Assembly: GCA_963828735.1 (NCBI GenBank)
Contig: CAWHFW010000005.1
Coordinates: forward strand, 1,504,001-1,568,000
DNA: 64,000 nt
From: an uncultured Gemmatimonadales bacterium
GTDB lineage: Bacteria; Gemmatimonadota; Gemmatimonadetes; Gemmatimonadales; GWC2-71-9
Direction: 5' to 3'
Each line of letters starts with the position of its first letter. Position 1 is the stretch's first letter. The position numbers and the translations under genes are program-made. The notes beneath the pieces are model-generated. The model was not told where the DNA came from and ran no database searches. It saw nothing but the letters and a program-made list of their open reading frames with translations. Positions 19,510-30,009 of the stretch are shown here, one piece after another.

Positions 19510-20747
19510 CAGGCGAACACCGTCCGCACCCGCCGCAGGCCACGCACGAGGGCGTCGATCTCGGCACGCGTGTTGTAGAAGGCGAATGACGCCCGGGCGG
19601 TGGCGGGAACACCGAAGTGCCGCATGACGGGCTGAGCGCAGTGGTGACCGGCTCGGATTGCAATGCCTTCATCGTCGAGCACGGCACCGACGTCATGCGG
19701 GTGTACACCGTCCACGACAAACGAGAGCACGGCGGCCTTTTCCCGCGCGGTCCCGATCAATTGCACACCGGGCACGTCCCGAACCCGTTCCGTTGCGTAT
19801 CCCAGGAGCTCCTCTTCCCAGGCGCTGATCGCGGCGTGACCCACGCTCTCGACATACTCCAGGGCCGCCCCCAGGCCGATCACCTCGGCGATCATCGGCG
19901 TGCCGGCCTCGAAGCGTGCCGGCGGGGCCGCGTAGGTGCTTCGCTCCAGCGTAACCGCCTCGATCATGTCGCCGCCGCCCTGCCAGGGCGGCATCGCCTC
20001 GAGGCGCTCGGCGCGGCCGTACAGGACGCCCACACCAGTGGGACCGAACACCTTGTGCCCGGAGAACGCGAAGAAGTCGCATCCCAGTGACTGGACGTCC
20101 ACCGGCAGGTGGGGCGCCGACTGCGCGCCGTCCACGACCGTAACGATGTCGCGTTCCCTGGCGCGCGACACCATCCAGCGAACCGGGTTGATCGTGCCGA
20201 GAGCGTTCGATACGTGGGTGACGGCGAGGAGGCGCGTCCGATCGGTGAGAAGTCGATCGAACCCCGTGAGGTCCAGCTCGCCGGCGTCGTTGAGCGGGAT
20301 GGCCCGGATCACCGCCCCTGTCTGGGCGGCCACCAAGTGCCAGGGAACGATATTGGAGTGGTGCTCCATGGCCGAGATGACGATCTCGTCCCCGGGACGG
20401 AGCGCACCGCGGGCCCAGCTCTGCGCGACGAGGTTGATGCCCTCGGTTGTGCCGCGGGTGAAGACGATCTCGGTCGGCGATGCGGCGTTGACGAAGCGCG
20501 CCACCCGCTCACGCACCGCATCGTACGCCACGGTGGCGCGCTCGCTCAGGTAGTGCACCCCGCGATGGATATTGGCGTTCTCGGCCGCGTAGAATCGCGA
20601 CACCGCATCGATCACGCGCCGTGGCTTCTGGCTCGTGGCCGCGTTGTCCAGGTAAACGAGCGGCTTGCCGCGCACCTGCTGCGAGAGGATCGGGAAGTCC
20701 TGGCGCAGCCGCTCGACGTCGAGCGCGAGGGGGGCGGTGGCGGTCAT
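19509..20747 (-). CDS. sufS: cysteine desulfurase
   Basis: YLDNAATSQKP, FSGHK, RAGHHCAQP. Confidence 0.95.
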   Translation of the reverse strand: MTATAPLALDVERLRQDFPILSQQVRGKPLVYLDNAATSQKPRRVIDAVSRFYAAENANIHRGVHYLSERATVAYDAVRERVARFVNAASPTEIVFTRGTTEGINLVAQSWARGALRPGDEIVISAMEHHSNIVPWHLVAAQTGAVIRAIPLNDAGELDLTGFDRLLTDRTRLLAVTHVSNALGTINPVRWMVSRARERDIVTVVDGAQSAPHLPVDVQSLGCDFFAFSGHKVFGPTGVGVLYGRAERLEAMPPWQGGGDMIEAVTLERSTYAAPPARFEAGTPMIAEVIGLGAALEYVESVGHAAISAWEEELLGYATERVRDVPGVQLIGTAREKAAVLSFVVDGVHPHDVGAVLDDEGIAIRAGHHCAQPVMRHFGVPATARASFAFYNTRAEIDALVRGLRRVRTVFA

Positions 20748-20754
20748 CAGAAGG

Positions 20755-22062
20755 TCACAGCCCCTCGAGCCGCGCCAGCACCAGCCGGTCCAGCTCCTCA
20801 CGCACCGGCGTGAGCGCGACCTCGTCCACCACCTCGGCGGCGAACGCGTAGGTGAGCAGGCGATCGGCGGCCGCCGCCGGAAGGCCGCGACTTCTCGCGT
20901 AGAACCGGGCAATCTCATCCAGCCGGCCCACGGTCGCGCCGTGCGTGCACTTCACATCGTCCGCGAAGATCTCAAGCTGCGGCTTGGTGTCCACGCGTGC
21001 GGAGTCGCTCAGCAGCAGGTTGCGGTTGGTCTGCTTGGCGTCGGTCTTCTGAGCCTCGGGCTTCACGAACACCTTCCCGTTGAACACCGCCCGGGAGCGC
21101 CCGTCCAGGATACCCTTGTAGACCTCCCAGCTTCGGCAATTGGGCTGGTCGTGGTAGATCGCCGTGTGGTTGTCGGCCACCTGCTCGCCCCGGGTCAGGT
21201 AGAGTCCATACATCAACGTCTCGATGTTCTCGTCGTTGAGGCGGACGTGCAGGTTGTGACGGGCCAGCGCGCCACCCATCGTCAGGGAGAACGAGCGATA
21301 GTGGCTGTCGCGCTCCTGGTCCACGTGGGTGAGCCCGACATGATAGGCACGCTCGCTCTCCCGCTGGATGCGAGTATGCTCTACCCATGCGCCCGCGGCC
21401 ACGGCCACTTCGGTCACCGGATTGGTCCAGTAGGTCTGACCCGGCGCGAGGGTGACGTAGCTCTCCACGATCGACGCCCGGGCGCCGCGCCCCACCACGA
21501 TCAGGTTGCGCGGGTGCGCCACCGTGCCGCCCGACTCCGATGTGGTGACGAACAACAGGTGGACGGGGGCATCCACGTCGACCCCGGCCGCGATCTGCAC
21601 CATCGCCCCGTCGCAGAGGAACGCGGTGTTGAGGGCGGTGAACGGTGAGCCCTCGACCGGCGCGTGCCGGGTCAGGTGGCTCTCGAGCAGCGCGCCGTCC
21701 GATCGCAATGCCTCGGCAAGTCCGGTCACCCGCACGCCGGGCGGCAGTTGGCCCACGGAGCTCAGACTCTCGGCGTAGACCCCATTCACGAAGACGAGCG
21801 TGGGCCACTCGCTGTGCCCGAAGGCGAAGGGCGCGAGCTGATCTCTGCCGACGAGGCCCGCTCCCCCGGTGGGCGGCCGCCAGGTTCCCTGCGCAATGGG
21901 CGCGATGGGCGTGAAGCGCCATTCCTCATCCCGCGCCGCTGGAAATCCGGTCCGTGCGAACCGCTCCATGGCGGCGCGCCGGATCGGCTCCAGCCAGTCA
22001 GGGCCGTCCGCGGTTGCGGTTCCAGATCGAGCCTCGAACTCCTGCACGAACGCTTCTGTCAT
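20755..22062 (-). CDS. sufD: Fe-S cluster assembly protein SufD
   Basis: EEWRFT, FNGKVFV...[25 protein letters not shown]. Confidence 0.95.
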   Translation of the reverse strand: MTEAFVQEFEARSGTATADGPDWLEPIRRAAMERFARTGFPAARDEEWRFTPIAPIAQGTWRPPTGGAGLVGRDQLAPFAFGHSEWPTLVFVNGVYAESLSSVGQLPPGVRVTGLAEALRSDGALLESHLTRHAPVEGSPFTALNTAFLCDGAMVQIAAGVDVDAPVHLLFVTTSESGGTVAHPRNLIVVGRGARASIVESYVTLAPGQTYWTNPVTEVAVAAGAWVEHTRIQRESERAYHVGLTHVDQERDSHYRSFSLTMGGALARHNLHVRLNDENIETLMYGLYLTRGEQVADNHTAIYHDQPNCRSWEVYKGILDGRSRAVFNGKVFVKPEAQKTDAKQTNRNLLLSDSARVDTKPQLEIFADDVKCTHGATVGRLDEIARFYARSRGLPAAAADRLLTYAFAAEVVDEVALTPVREELDRLVLARLEGL

Positions 22063-22826
22063 GACCCGGCCCCGACCGCATCCTCCAGCCACTCGTATCC
22101 ACGGGCCTCGAGCTCCAGCGCCAGCTCCTTGCCGCCGGACTTCACGATCCTTCCGGCCGAGAGCACGTGCACGAAGTCGGGGATGATGTAGTTGAGCAGC
22201 CGCTGGTAGTGCGTGACGACGACGATGGCGTTGTCCGGCCGGCGCAGCTTGTTGACGCCGGCCGCTACGATCCGCAGCGCGTCGATGTCGAGGCCCGAGT
22301 CCGTCTCGTCCAGGATGGCCAGCGTGGGCTCGAGGACCGCCATCTGGAGGATCTCGTTTCGCTTCTTCTCGCCACCGGAGAAGCCGGAGTTGACCGCCCG
22401 GCTCATGATTTCCGGCTCCCACTCCACCAGCTTGAGCTTTTCCTCCAGCAGATCGAGAAAGTCCATGGAATCGACTTCCTCGAGGCCATTCGCCTTGCGG
22501 ATTTCGTTGTAGGCCGCGCGGAGGAAATAGGCGTTGCTCACGCCCGGGATTTCGACCGGATACTGGAAGGCGAGAAACAGACCCGCCTGAGCGCGTTCCT
22601 CGGGCTCGAGATCCAGGAGATCCTGCCCGCGATAGCGGATCGAGCCGCCGGTGACCTCATAGGCCGGGTGGCCTGCCAGCACCTGCGCCAGCGTGCTCTT
22701 TCCGGAGCCGTTGGGGCCCATGACGGCATGCACCTCGCCGGCATTCACTGTGAGGTCGATGCCCTTGAGGATCTCCTTCTCGCCAGCGCTCGCGTGCAAG
22801 TCTCTGATTTCCAGCACCGTATTCAT
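22059..22826 (-). CDS. sufC: Fe-S cluster assembly ATPase SufC
   Basis: [41 protein letters not shown]. Confidence 0.96.
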   Translation of the reverse strand: MNTVLEIRDLHASAGEKEILKGIDLTVNAGEVHAVMGPNGSGKSTLAQVLAGHPAYEVTGGSIRYRGQDLLDLEPEERAQAGLFLAFQYPVEIPGVSNAYFLRAAYNEIRKANGLEEVDSMDFLDLLEEKLKLVEWEPEIMSRAVNSGFSGGEKKRNEILQMAVLEPTLAILDETDSGLDIDALRIVAAGVNKLRRPDNAIVVVTHYQRLLNYIIPDFVHVLSAGRIVKSGGKELALELEARGYEWLEDAVGAGS

Positions 22827-22835
22827 CTCCCTTGA

Positions 22836-24275
22836 TTAGCCGACGCTGCCTTCGAGGCTGATGCCGAGCAGCTTCTGCGCTTCGACCGCGAACTCCATCG
22901 GCAGCTCCTTGAACACTTCCTTGCAGAAGCCGTTCACGATCATCGAGATGGCGTTCTCGGTGTTCAGCCCGCGCTGCTTGAGGTAGAAGATCTGGTCCTC
23001 GCCGATCTTCGAAGTCGAGGCTTCGTGCTCGGTGGACGAGGACGAGTTCTGCACGTCGATGTACGGGAAGGTGTGCGCCCCGCAACGATTCCCGATGAGC
23101 ATCGAGTCGCACTGGGTGTAGTTCCGTGCGCCTTCGGCTTTCGGCAGCACCTTCACCAGGCCGCGATAGCTGTTCTGCCCGCGGCCCGAGGAGATACCCT
23201 TCGAGACGATCGTGCTCCGGGTGTTCTTGCCCGTGTGGATCATCTTGGTGCCCGTGTCCGCCTGCTGCCGGCCGTTCACGACGGCCACCGAATAGAACTC
23301 ACCCACCGAGTTGTCGCCCTGGAGAATGACGCTGGGGTATTTCCAGGTGATCGCCGAACCGGTCTCCACCTGGGTCCAGCTGATCTTGGCATTGGCGCCG
23401 GCGCACTTTCCGCGCTTCGTGACGAAGTTGTAGATGCCGCCCCGTCCCTCTTCATCGCCGGCATACCAGTTCTGCACCGTCGAGTACTTGATCGAGGCTC
23501 CCTGGAGCGCCACGAGCTCCACCACGGCGGCATGCAGCTGGTTCTCGTCGCGCTTGGGTGCGGTGCATCCCTCGAGGTAACTCACCGAGGCGCCCTCGTC
23601 GGCGATGATGAGCGTCCGCTCGAACTGTCCCGTCTGCGCCGAGTTGATGCGGAAGTACGTGGACAGGTCCATCGGGCACTTGATGCCCTTGGGCACATAC
23701 ACGAAAGACCCGTCACTGAACACCGCGGCGTTGAGGGCCGCGAAGAAGTTGTCGCTGGCCGGGACCACCGATCCGAGATATTGCCGCACGAGATCGGGGT
23801 GCTCGCGCACGGCCTCGCCGAAGGAGCAAAAGATGATTCCCTGCTCGGCCAGCTTGGCCTTGTACGTCGTTCCGACGGAGACGCTGTCGAAAATGGCGTC
23901 CACCGCGACCCCCGCCAGGAGCTTCTGCTCACTGAGCGGGATGCCCAGCTTCGTATAAGTCTCCAGCAGCTTGGGATCCACCTCGTCGAGGCTCCCGAGC
24001 GGCTTCTGTGTCCGGGGCGCCGAGTAGTAGCTGATGGCCTGATAGTCGACCGGCGTATAGCTGATGTTGGGCCAGTTGTGGGGCTCCGTCATCTTCTGCC
24101 AGCCGCGAAAGGCCTTGAGCCGCCACTCGAGCAGCCACTCGGGCTCCTGCTTCTTGCCGGAGATGAGCCGGACGATGTCCTCGCTCAGCCCCTTGGGTGC
24201 GACATCCGAGTCGATGTCGGTGACGAAGCCGTATTTATAGGCCTTGGTGACCAGGCTCTCGACGGACGAGCTCAT
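22836..24275 (-). CDS. sufB: Fe-S cluster assembly protein SufB
   Basis: [34 protein letters not shown]. Confidence 0.96.
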   Translation of the reverse strand: MSSSVESLVTKAYKYGFVTDIDSDVAPKGLSEDIVRLISGKKQEPEWLLEWRLKAFRGWQKMTEPHNWPNISYTPVDYQAISYYSAPRTQKPLGSLDEVDPKLLETYTKLGIPLSEQKLLAGVAVDAIFDSVSVGTTYKAKLAEQGIIFCSFGEAVREHPDLVRQYLGSVVPASDNFFAALNAAVFSDGSFVYVPKGIKCPMDLSTYFRINSAQTGQFERTLIIADEGASVSYLEGCTAPKRDENQLHAAVVELVALQGASIKYSTVQNWYAGDEEGRGGIYNFVTKRGKCAGANAKISWTQVETGSAITWKYPSVILQGDNSVGEFYSVAVVNGRQQADTGTKMIHTGKNTRSTIVSKGISSGRGQNSYRGLVKVLPKAEGARNYTQCDSMLIGNRCGAHTFPYIDVQNSSSSTEHEASTSKIGEDQIFYLKQRGLNTENAISMIVNGFCKEVFKELPMEFAVEAQKLLGISLEGSVG

Positions 24276-24949
24276 GAGTTCTCCTCAGCGGGCTTGAGCC
24301 GCACGTGGTACTCGCAGGCGCTGCACCCGGTCAGCATGTGCGCTCGGCGATCCACCCTTGCTCCGAGCACGTCGGCCACAAACCGCGCTTCCGCCGCGCA
24401 GATCTCCGGAAAACGCTCCGCCACGGCGGGAATGGCGCAGTTGTGTTCCGTCAACGTGCCCTCGGCCGCACCTACGCTCACCTCGGCCATGTAGCCTTCT
24501 TCCGAAAGCACGCGCCCGAGGGCCTGGAGCCGCTCGGCGAGGGAAGATCCGGCCAGCTCCGTGTTCAACCGATGGGCGAGCTCGGCGAAGTGGGATTCGA
24601 GCATCTCCACCGCGGCCGCTCGGCCGTCGCGCTCCACCATTCGGTCCAGCAAGGCAGTGAGCGTCTCCTCGTACCGCCGCGGGAAGAGGCCCTCGCCCGC
24701 CGGCGTGAGTCGATAGGCGAAGGCCGGCGCGCCGATTGACCGATGCACACGGTCGTAGGCTGCCAGCCCGTCGGCCTCGAGCTCCTTCAGGTGATGTCGT
24801 GCCGCGTTCAACGACACTCCAAGCCGTTCGGCGATCTCCTTGGCCGACAGCTGCCCAGCTCGCTTGAGCTGGACCAGGACGGCACTCCGCTGGCCCTTTT
24901 GGCCGGACGGTGCCGCAGATTTGGGTGCGATGGGGAGGGCGGTACCCAT
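24272..24949 (-). CDS. sufR: SufR-like HTH transcriptional regulator
   Basis: N-terminal wHTH; EHNCAI, CAAE, CSACEY Cys ligands; first gene of the suf operon. Confidence 0.8.
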   Translation of the reverse strand: MGTALPIAPKSAAPSGQKGQRSAVLVQLKRAGQLSAKEIAERLGVSLNAARHHLKELEADGLAAYDRVHRSIGAPAFAYRLTPAGEGLFPRRYEETLTALLDRMVERDGRAAAVEMLESHFAELAHRLNTELAGSSLAERLQALGRVLSEEGYMAEVSVGAAEGTLTEHNCAIPAVAERFPEICAAEARFVADVLGARVDRRAHMLTGCSACEYHVRLKPAEENS

Positions 24950-24956
24950 AGGCCGA

Positions 24957-24985
24957 ATGGTAAGTAAAACAGTCGGGATTGTCAA
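24957..24985 (-). promoter_or_regulatory. sigma70-type leaderless promoter of the suf operon
   Basis: TTGACA-17 nt-TACCAT-7 nt-ATG on the minus strand. Confidence 0.75.
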
Positions 24986-25210
24986 TTCGTACCACACTAT
25001 TGGTGCGAATATGTTCAAGTCAATACAATTTGCCTACTTGCAGCGATGAGTATCGGGGATTGAGCTACCCCAGGACATGATAAGTAGTAGTTATACATAC
25101 TACCCTTACCTGCAGCGCTCTTCTAGCCGGCAATCCGCCCAACCCGCATATTGGCATACGTATCCTCCGAGCCGCAGGCTCAACGGCTTCCGCGGAAAGG
25201 CTTTCTTCTC

Positions 25211-25783
25211 ATGACGATCCATCGCATTCGCCTCCTGGGCGACCCGATCCTTCGAGCCAGGTGCGAGCCCATCACGAAACCGCGCTCTACCGCGGTCCGG
25301 GTCATCCTCGATGACATGCGGGAGACCCTGCGAGACTGGCAGTCCCGCTTCGGAAGCGGGCGGGCCATCGCCGCACCTCAGATCGGTGCGCCGGTCCGGA
25401 TGGTGTACTGCGAAATGGATCAGCCGTGGGCGCTTATCAACCCGGAAATCGTGGACATCGGGAACGAGGACTTCGAGGTCTGGGACGATTGCTTCTCGTT
25501 TCCAAACCTGCTCGTGCGAGTGTCTCGGGCCTATCGGGTACGAGTGCGCTATCAGGATACGAAGGGCGAATTCCACGAGGTGGACCTGGAGGGAGACCGC
25601 GCCGAGCTGCTGCAGCACGAGATCGACCACCTCGATGGCGTCCTCGCGGTGGACCGGCCGCAGGGCCTCGATCCGTTCTGCCTGCGTGAGGAATGGCATC
25701 GGCTGCACGGGCCCGATGGCCGATACGGTCCGCCGGAGGATCGGAACACCAGTTACGCCACGCCGCTGACGGGCCTGATCTAG
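25211..25783 (+). CDS. def: peptide deformylase (variant motifs)
   Basis: LLGDPILR, GRAIAAPQIG, WDDCFS, QHEIDHLDG. Confidence 0.85.
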   Translation: MTIHRIRLLGDPILRARCEPITKPRSTAVRVILDDMRETLRDWQSRFGSGRAIAAPQIGAPVRMVYCEMDQPWALINPEIVDIGNEDFEVWDDCFSFPNLLVRVSRAYRVRVRYQDTKGEFHEVDLEGDRAELLQHEIDHLDGVLAVDRPQGLDPFCLREEWHRLHGPDGRYGPPEDRNTSYATPLTGLI

Positions 25784-25786
25784 AGG

Positions 25787-27862
25787 CTAGAACCAGCGCC
25801 CTAGCCGGACGAACAAGGCGCTCCTTCCCCGGAGCGCCCATCCGTACTCGAACCGCACCGGTCCCACCGGTGTATCGGCGCCCAGGCCAGCGCGCACGCC
25901 CGCAGTCCACCCTCCTCCGGCGAACCTCGACGACTTGGCGTCCGTTCCGCCCGTGGCCAGCTCGAGCCGGGCAAGCAGTGGGCCCTTCACGGGCACGGTG
26001 AAGAGGAAACCCACCATCGCCTCCCGGTCGCCCCGACGCTCGCCCAGATGGTACCCCGGAAATCCGTCGTCGCCACCGAGCGGAAAGCCGAGCTGCAACG
26101 GCAGTCCATTTCCCCACCCCAACCGCAGCCTGGGTGTGAGCCGCACCACGCCGACGCGTGTGACCAGGCTCCCCTCGAAGGCAAGCTGCTGATACATGCC
26201 GGTCCACCGGGCATCCGCCTGCATCACGCGACCGCGTTGCCGGGTGGCCGCGGTCAATCGGGCGGCAGCGCCGATGGTCGAGCGGTTGGCTCGGTCAGGC
26301 TCGTCCCAGGTCCGGCCTTCAATTCCCACAGCGAGATCCCACCCGAATCCCAACGGCCGCTCGATGCCCGCGAAGCCGATGGCCTCGCGGGTAACCGCCT
26401 CGTCGAGCTCGTCGCCGTCCTGGTCAAACTGCCGCACGTCCTCATTCGCCAGGCGGACGGTGAGCGTCGGCTGAAACAGTTGGCGGCCGACCTGATAGTT
26501 GCGGCGCAATCCGGCGAGGAGCTCGCGACGGAGCTCACCGAGAAAGAGCGCCCCGCTTCCTTCGAGCGCGCGGCCCAGAACCCGCCGATCCACCACCCCC
26601 GCCCACATCCGTCCACCGAGCTCGTTGTCGTACGCCAGACCGAGCCCGGCGACACGACGCGCGGCCCGCCGCAGGGTCAGCTGGAAACGGACCGAGTCCC
26701 CCGCTCCGCTGGGCGCGAGCCAGACCGACTCGTAGGCTTCCGATGTGGTGGCAAGCGTTCGCACCCGCCGCAGCAGCAGGTCGTAGTCGAGCGTATCGCG
26801 CTCCTTGCCGGGATCGAACCCCAGCAGGCGCCGCAGCGCGAGCTGCTCGGAGGCGTTGGCGCTGTCGAACCCCACGCCGACCAGCCGAGTCGGGAGCACG
26901 CGTGGTGCGGCGTCAGGGCCCGACGGGGGACATTGGAGTCTTGGCAGGACGGAATCGGCGGCGCGCAGTCCATTGTCGAGCAGCCGAGCGATGCTCCCGG
27001 GAGAGAAGTTGAGGCTGGTGAAGCCCTCGACATCGGGCCGGATCAGCAGATCACTCCCGGTCAGGGAATCCATCCGCTGCTGGAAGAGAAACTGCACCAG
27101 CCGATCGGCCACGAGGAGCGGGGTGTAAGCGCCGAGCGAATCGGACGGATGCTCGGTGGCGTCGACCACGATGACTCGCTCCGCCCCTTCCGCGCGCGCG
27201 ATCGACACCGGGATGTTCGCGGACAGGCCGCCGTCGGTCAGGAACCGACCTTCTCGCCGCTCGGGGGCGAAGAGCAGAGGCACTGCGGCGCTGGCGCGGA
27301 CGGCCTGCGCCAGGTCGCCGGACCGCATCACCACCACTTCGCGATGCCCGAGATCCGTGGCGACGGCCCGAAACGGGATCGGAAGGGAGTCGAAATCCCC
27401 GCGGGCGAGCAGGTTCCCGCGGAGCATCGCGGCGTTCACCAGGGCGTTTGCCTCCGCTTCGACGACCGAGGCGCTCTGCACGGCGAAGCCTCGCTCGCCC
27501 TGTTCCCACACGACGAGCGGTTGAAGGATGCCTAGGGATCGCGGGGCGAGCGGCTGGTACGTGCGGAAGAGCGAAGCCAACGGGACGATGCGCACGAGCG
27601 AGTCGAGCTCACGCCCGGAGTAACCGCTGGCGTACAGTGCGCCGACGACCGCGCCCATGCTGGTCCCGACCACCAGGTCCGGGCGAATGCCCAAACTGTC
27701 CAGCACGCGAAGCGTGCCGATGTGGGCGATGCCCTTGGCGCCACCGCCGGAAAGCACGAGTGCGGTGCGGGGCGAGTCGCATTGCTGAGCGAGAAGTTCG
27801 GAGCCGGCCGGCAAGCAGATGACGGCAGCCAGCGTGAGTGCCAGGCGATGGCGGGGAAGCAT
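25787..27862 (-). CDS. patatin-like phospholipase with C-terminal beta-barrel (PlpD/type Vd-like)
   Basis: Signal peptide, GGGAKG, GTSMG, DGG; C-terminus [11 protein letters not shown]...RLGRWF. Confidence 0.82.
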   Translation of the reverse strand: MLPRHRLALTLAAVICLPAGSELLAQQCDSPRTALVLSGGGAKGIAHIGTLRVLDSLGIRPDLVVGTSMGAVVGALYASGYSGRELDSLVRIVPLASLFRTYQPLAPRSLGILQPLVVWEQGERGFAVQSASVVEAEANALVNAAMLRGNLLARGDFDSLPIPFRAVATDLGHREVVVMRSGDLAQAVRASAAVPLLFAPERREGRFLTDGGLSANIPVSIARAEGAERVIVVDATEHPSDSLGAYTPLLVADRLVQFLFQQRMDSLTGSDLLIRPDVEGFTSLNFSPGSIARLLDNGLRAADSVLPRLQCPPSGPDAAPRVLPTRLVGVGFDSANASEQLALRRLLGFDPGKERDTLDYDLLLRRVRTLATTSEAYESVWLAPSGAGDSVRFQLTLRRAARRVAGLGLAYDNELGGRMWAGVVDRRVLGRALEGSGALFLGELRRELLAGLRRNYQVGRQLFQPTLTVRLANEDVRQFDQDGDELDEAVTREAIGFAGIERPLGFGWDLAVGIEGRTWDEPDRANRSTIGAAARLTAATRQRGRVMQADARWTGMYQQLAFEGSLVTRVGVVRLTPRLRLGWGNGLPLQLGFPLGGDDGFPGYHLGERRGDREAMVGFLFTVPVKGPLLARLELATGGTDAKSSRFAGGGWTAGVRAGLGADTPVGPVRFEYGWALRGRSALFVRLGRWF

Positions 27863-27979
27863 CGAACGGAAGATATCACGCCCCTTGCGCCACCCCACAC
27901 ACCTTCGTATACCTACTCGAACGTGCGCCTTGGTTCGTCGCACGGGGTCGAATCGGATACCACCGGAGGAATGGCCGCA

Positions 27980-28243
27980 ATGACGTATGTGATCGTCGAG
28001 GCATGCATCGGGATCAAGGACCGCGCCTGCGTGGACGTCTGCCCGGTGGACTGCATCTACGAGGGCGAGGATCAGCTGTACATCCACCCCGACGAGTGCA
28101 TCGATTGCGGCGCCTGCGAGCCCGAGTGTCCCGTCACGGCCATCTTTCCCGAAGAGGACGTGCCGCCGAACATGACCTCGTTCGTCGAGAAGAATCGCGA
28201 GGTCTTCAACAGCGATACTCCGCCGGGTCGGCCGAAGCGGTAA
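27980..28243 (+). CDS. dicluster (7Fe/8Fe) ferredoxin
   Basis: [18 protein letters not shown]...[21 protein letters not shown]. Confidence 0.92.
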   Translation: MTYVIVEACIGIKDRACVDVCPVDCIYEGEDQLYIHPDECIDCGACEPECPVTAIFPEEDVPPNMTSFVEKNREVFNSDTPPGRPKR

Positions 28244-28265
28244 GTCGGACGCCATGGAGACGTTC

Positions 28266-28294
28266 AAAGGGAGCTCGGTCCACGAGCTCCCTTT
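28266..28294. terminator. intrinsic, probably bidirectional terminator
   Basis: AAAGGGAGCTCG-gtcca-CGAGCTCCCTTT perfect 12-bp stem. Confidence 0.8.
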
Positions 28295-28483
28295 CGTCGT
28301 TTCAGCCCCACTGCCGTCATTCTTGGTCCAGCGACTTTCGACCACCTGATGAGTAAGGAGAGTGGCCCCGGGATCGTACTGCCTGGCCGCGACCCCGGAG
28401 CCGATATGGAAGGACAAACAGCGGGGACGCAGAGAAAGCCCGCCCGCCGCCGACCACACAACGCCCTGCTGGCGCAAAAGGTT

Positions 28484-29692
28484 TCAGCCAACCACCCGGA
28501 GGAAGTCCAGAATGGCCGCGGTGGTCTCCGAGGGCTTCTCGACGGGCGGGACATGGGCCGCTCCCGAGATGACGACCAGCCGGGCGCCCGGAATGGCCGC
28601 TGCCATGCGGCGAGCCCCGTCGGGCGGCGTCAAACTGTCGTCTTCGCCGACGATGACGAGTGTGGGCAGACCGGCCAACGTCGGCAGAAGCCCCGTGTTG
28701 TCATGCCGATCACGCATCGCGGCCAAGGCCCCGACCATCCCCGCGACTGGCGTCGCGGCCATGATCCGACGCATGCGCTCCACGATCCCCGGCGCGGAGT
28801 CGAGGGTGGTCGTCGAGAGGACCTTCGGAAGCATCGCGTCGGCCACGGCGTCGGCGCCGCTTTCACGGGCGGTCGCCGCCGCTCCGTCCCGAGCGCGGCG
28901 TGCTTCCGCGCCGTCGGCTTCGGCCCGCGTATCGACCAGGATCAGGGCGCGGACCCGATCGCGCCAGCGACGGAGGAACTCGAAGATGACGTACCCGCCC
29001 ATGGAGAGCCCGCAGAGCACCACGTCCTCCACGCCGAGCGCATCGAGGAGAGCGGCGAGGTCATCGGCATAGATCGCCATGCCGTAGCCGAGGTCGGGCG
29101 CGTCGGACTCTCCCATGCCGCGGAGGTCGGGGGCGATTCGGCGGTAGCCCTCCAGCGCTTCGATCTGGTCCTGCCAGATGGTCCGGTCGAACGGATAGCC
29201 GTGAACGAACAAGATGGCCGGGCCGTCACCCCGAATCTCGACGGCGAGGCTCACGCCGTTCACCGTGAGTCGTTGCGCGCCGCCCGCCGCGCGTCGGGCG
29301 TGCATGAACTCGCCGAACTCGGTGGGGACGGGAATTGGCCGGCCCTCGCGGTTGACGCAGACGAATACGAATTCTGCTGTCGCGATCAGGACGTCGTCCT
29401 TCACTCGTCGCGCCGTCTGCCGCATGGTGAAGCTGGTCCGGCCGTGGTGGGTGAGCGTCTGATGGAACCGGAGGACGTCGCCCGGAAACGCCGCCGCGTG
29501 GTAGTCGATGACAGTCTTGCGAACCGCCGGCCACGCGCCGGCGCGGGTGAAGACATCCATGCCGGGGCCCCGGGCCAGCATCTCCCATCGCGCCCGCTCG
29601 AACAGACTCAGGAACGAGGCCTGGTTCAGGTGCCCGAACACGTCGCATTCGTCCGGATAGACGACCAGATCGACTTCGCTGGGGTGGGACAT
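28484..29692 (-). CDS. hotdog acyl-CoA thioesterase fused to an alpha/beta hydrolase
   Basis: N-terminal ECDVFGHLNQASFLSLFERARW; C-terminal HGYP, GLSMGG, GEDD, AAHVPPVE. Confidence 0.85.
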   Translation of the reverse strand: MSHPSEVDLVVYPDECDVFGHLNQASFLSLFERARWEMLARGPGMDVFTRAGAWPAVRKTVIDYHAAAFPGDVLRFHQTLTHHGRTSFTMRQTARRVKDDVLIATAEFVFVCVNREGRPIPVPTEFGEFMHARRAAGGAQRLTVNGVSLAVEIRGDGPAILFVHGYPFDRTIWQDQIEALEGYRRIAPDLRGMGESDAPDLGYGMAIYADDLAALLDALGVEDVVLCGLSMGGYVIFEFLRRWRDRVRALILVDTRAEADGAEARRARDGAAATARESGADAVADAMLPKVLSTTTLDSAPGIVERMRRIMAATPVAGMVGALAAMRDRHDNTGLLPTLAGLPTLVIVGEDDSLTPPDGARRMAAAIPGARLVVISGAAHVPPVEKPSETTAAILDFLRVVG

Positions 29693-29838
29693 GACAAAAG
29701 ATAGGTGAACCGGATCGCCAGGCGGAGGGAGCGACGCGGGTGCACGACCAGCGAAAACCCGGTCGCGCGGCTACACTTCCGGCGACCGCCCGGAGATTCG
29801 TCTCCGGATCTTCGACCCTCCCTGTCCCTTTCGTTCCC

Positions 29839-30009
29839 ATGAAGCCTGCCACCGACTACATCCGGCACGCCGCCAAGCTCGCACGCAAGCTCCAGATGGA
29901 CGCGGCGATGGGCGGCGCCCCCCAGCCCGACGCGGAGTTCTTCAAGGTGCTCTCGAAAGCGCTCGACGAGATCGCGGCAGGGCTGGAACTGGTCTCGCGG
30001 TCCGAGTGA
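29839..30009 (+). CDS. small hypothetical protein (56 aa)
   Basis: Host-like codon use, helical character, GTGA overlap with rnd. Confidence 0.55.
   Translation: MKPATDYIRHAAKLARKLQMDAAMGGAPQPDAEFFKVLSKALDEIAAGLELVSRSE

Noticed and set aside
25001..25030. GGTGCGAATAT resembling the XerC arm of dif
   Set aside because: No TTATGTTAAAT-like XerD arm at 6-nt spacing, and the region appears origin-proximal.
28340..28440. CTGATGAG...GAAA resembling a hammerhead ribozyme core
   Set aside because: No stem II closing onto GAAA and no compatible stems I/III could be formed.
25787..28477. 896-aa ORF implying a long N-terminal extension of the patatin protein
   Set aside because: The extension is the antisense shadow of the ferredoxin gene; a signal peptide and -10 box support ATG27862.
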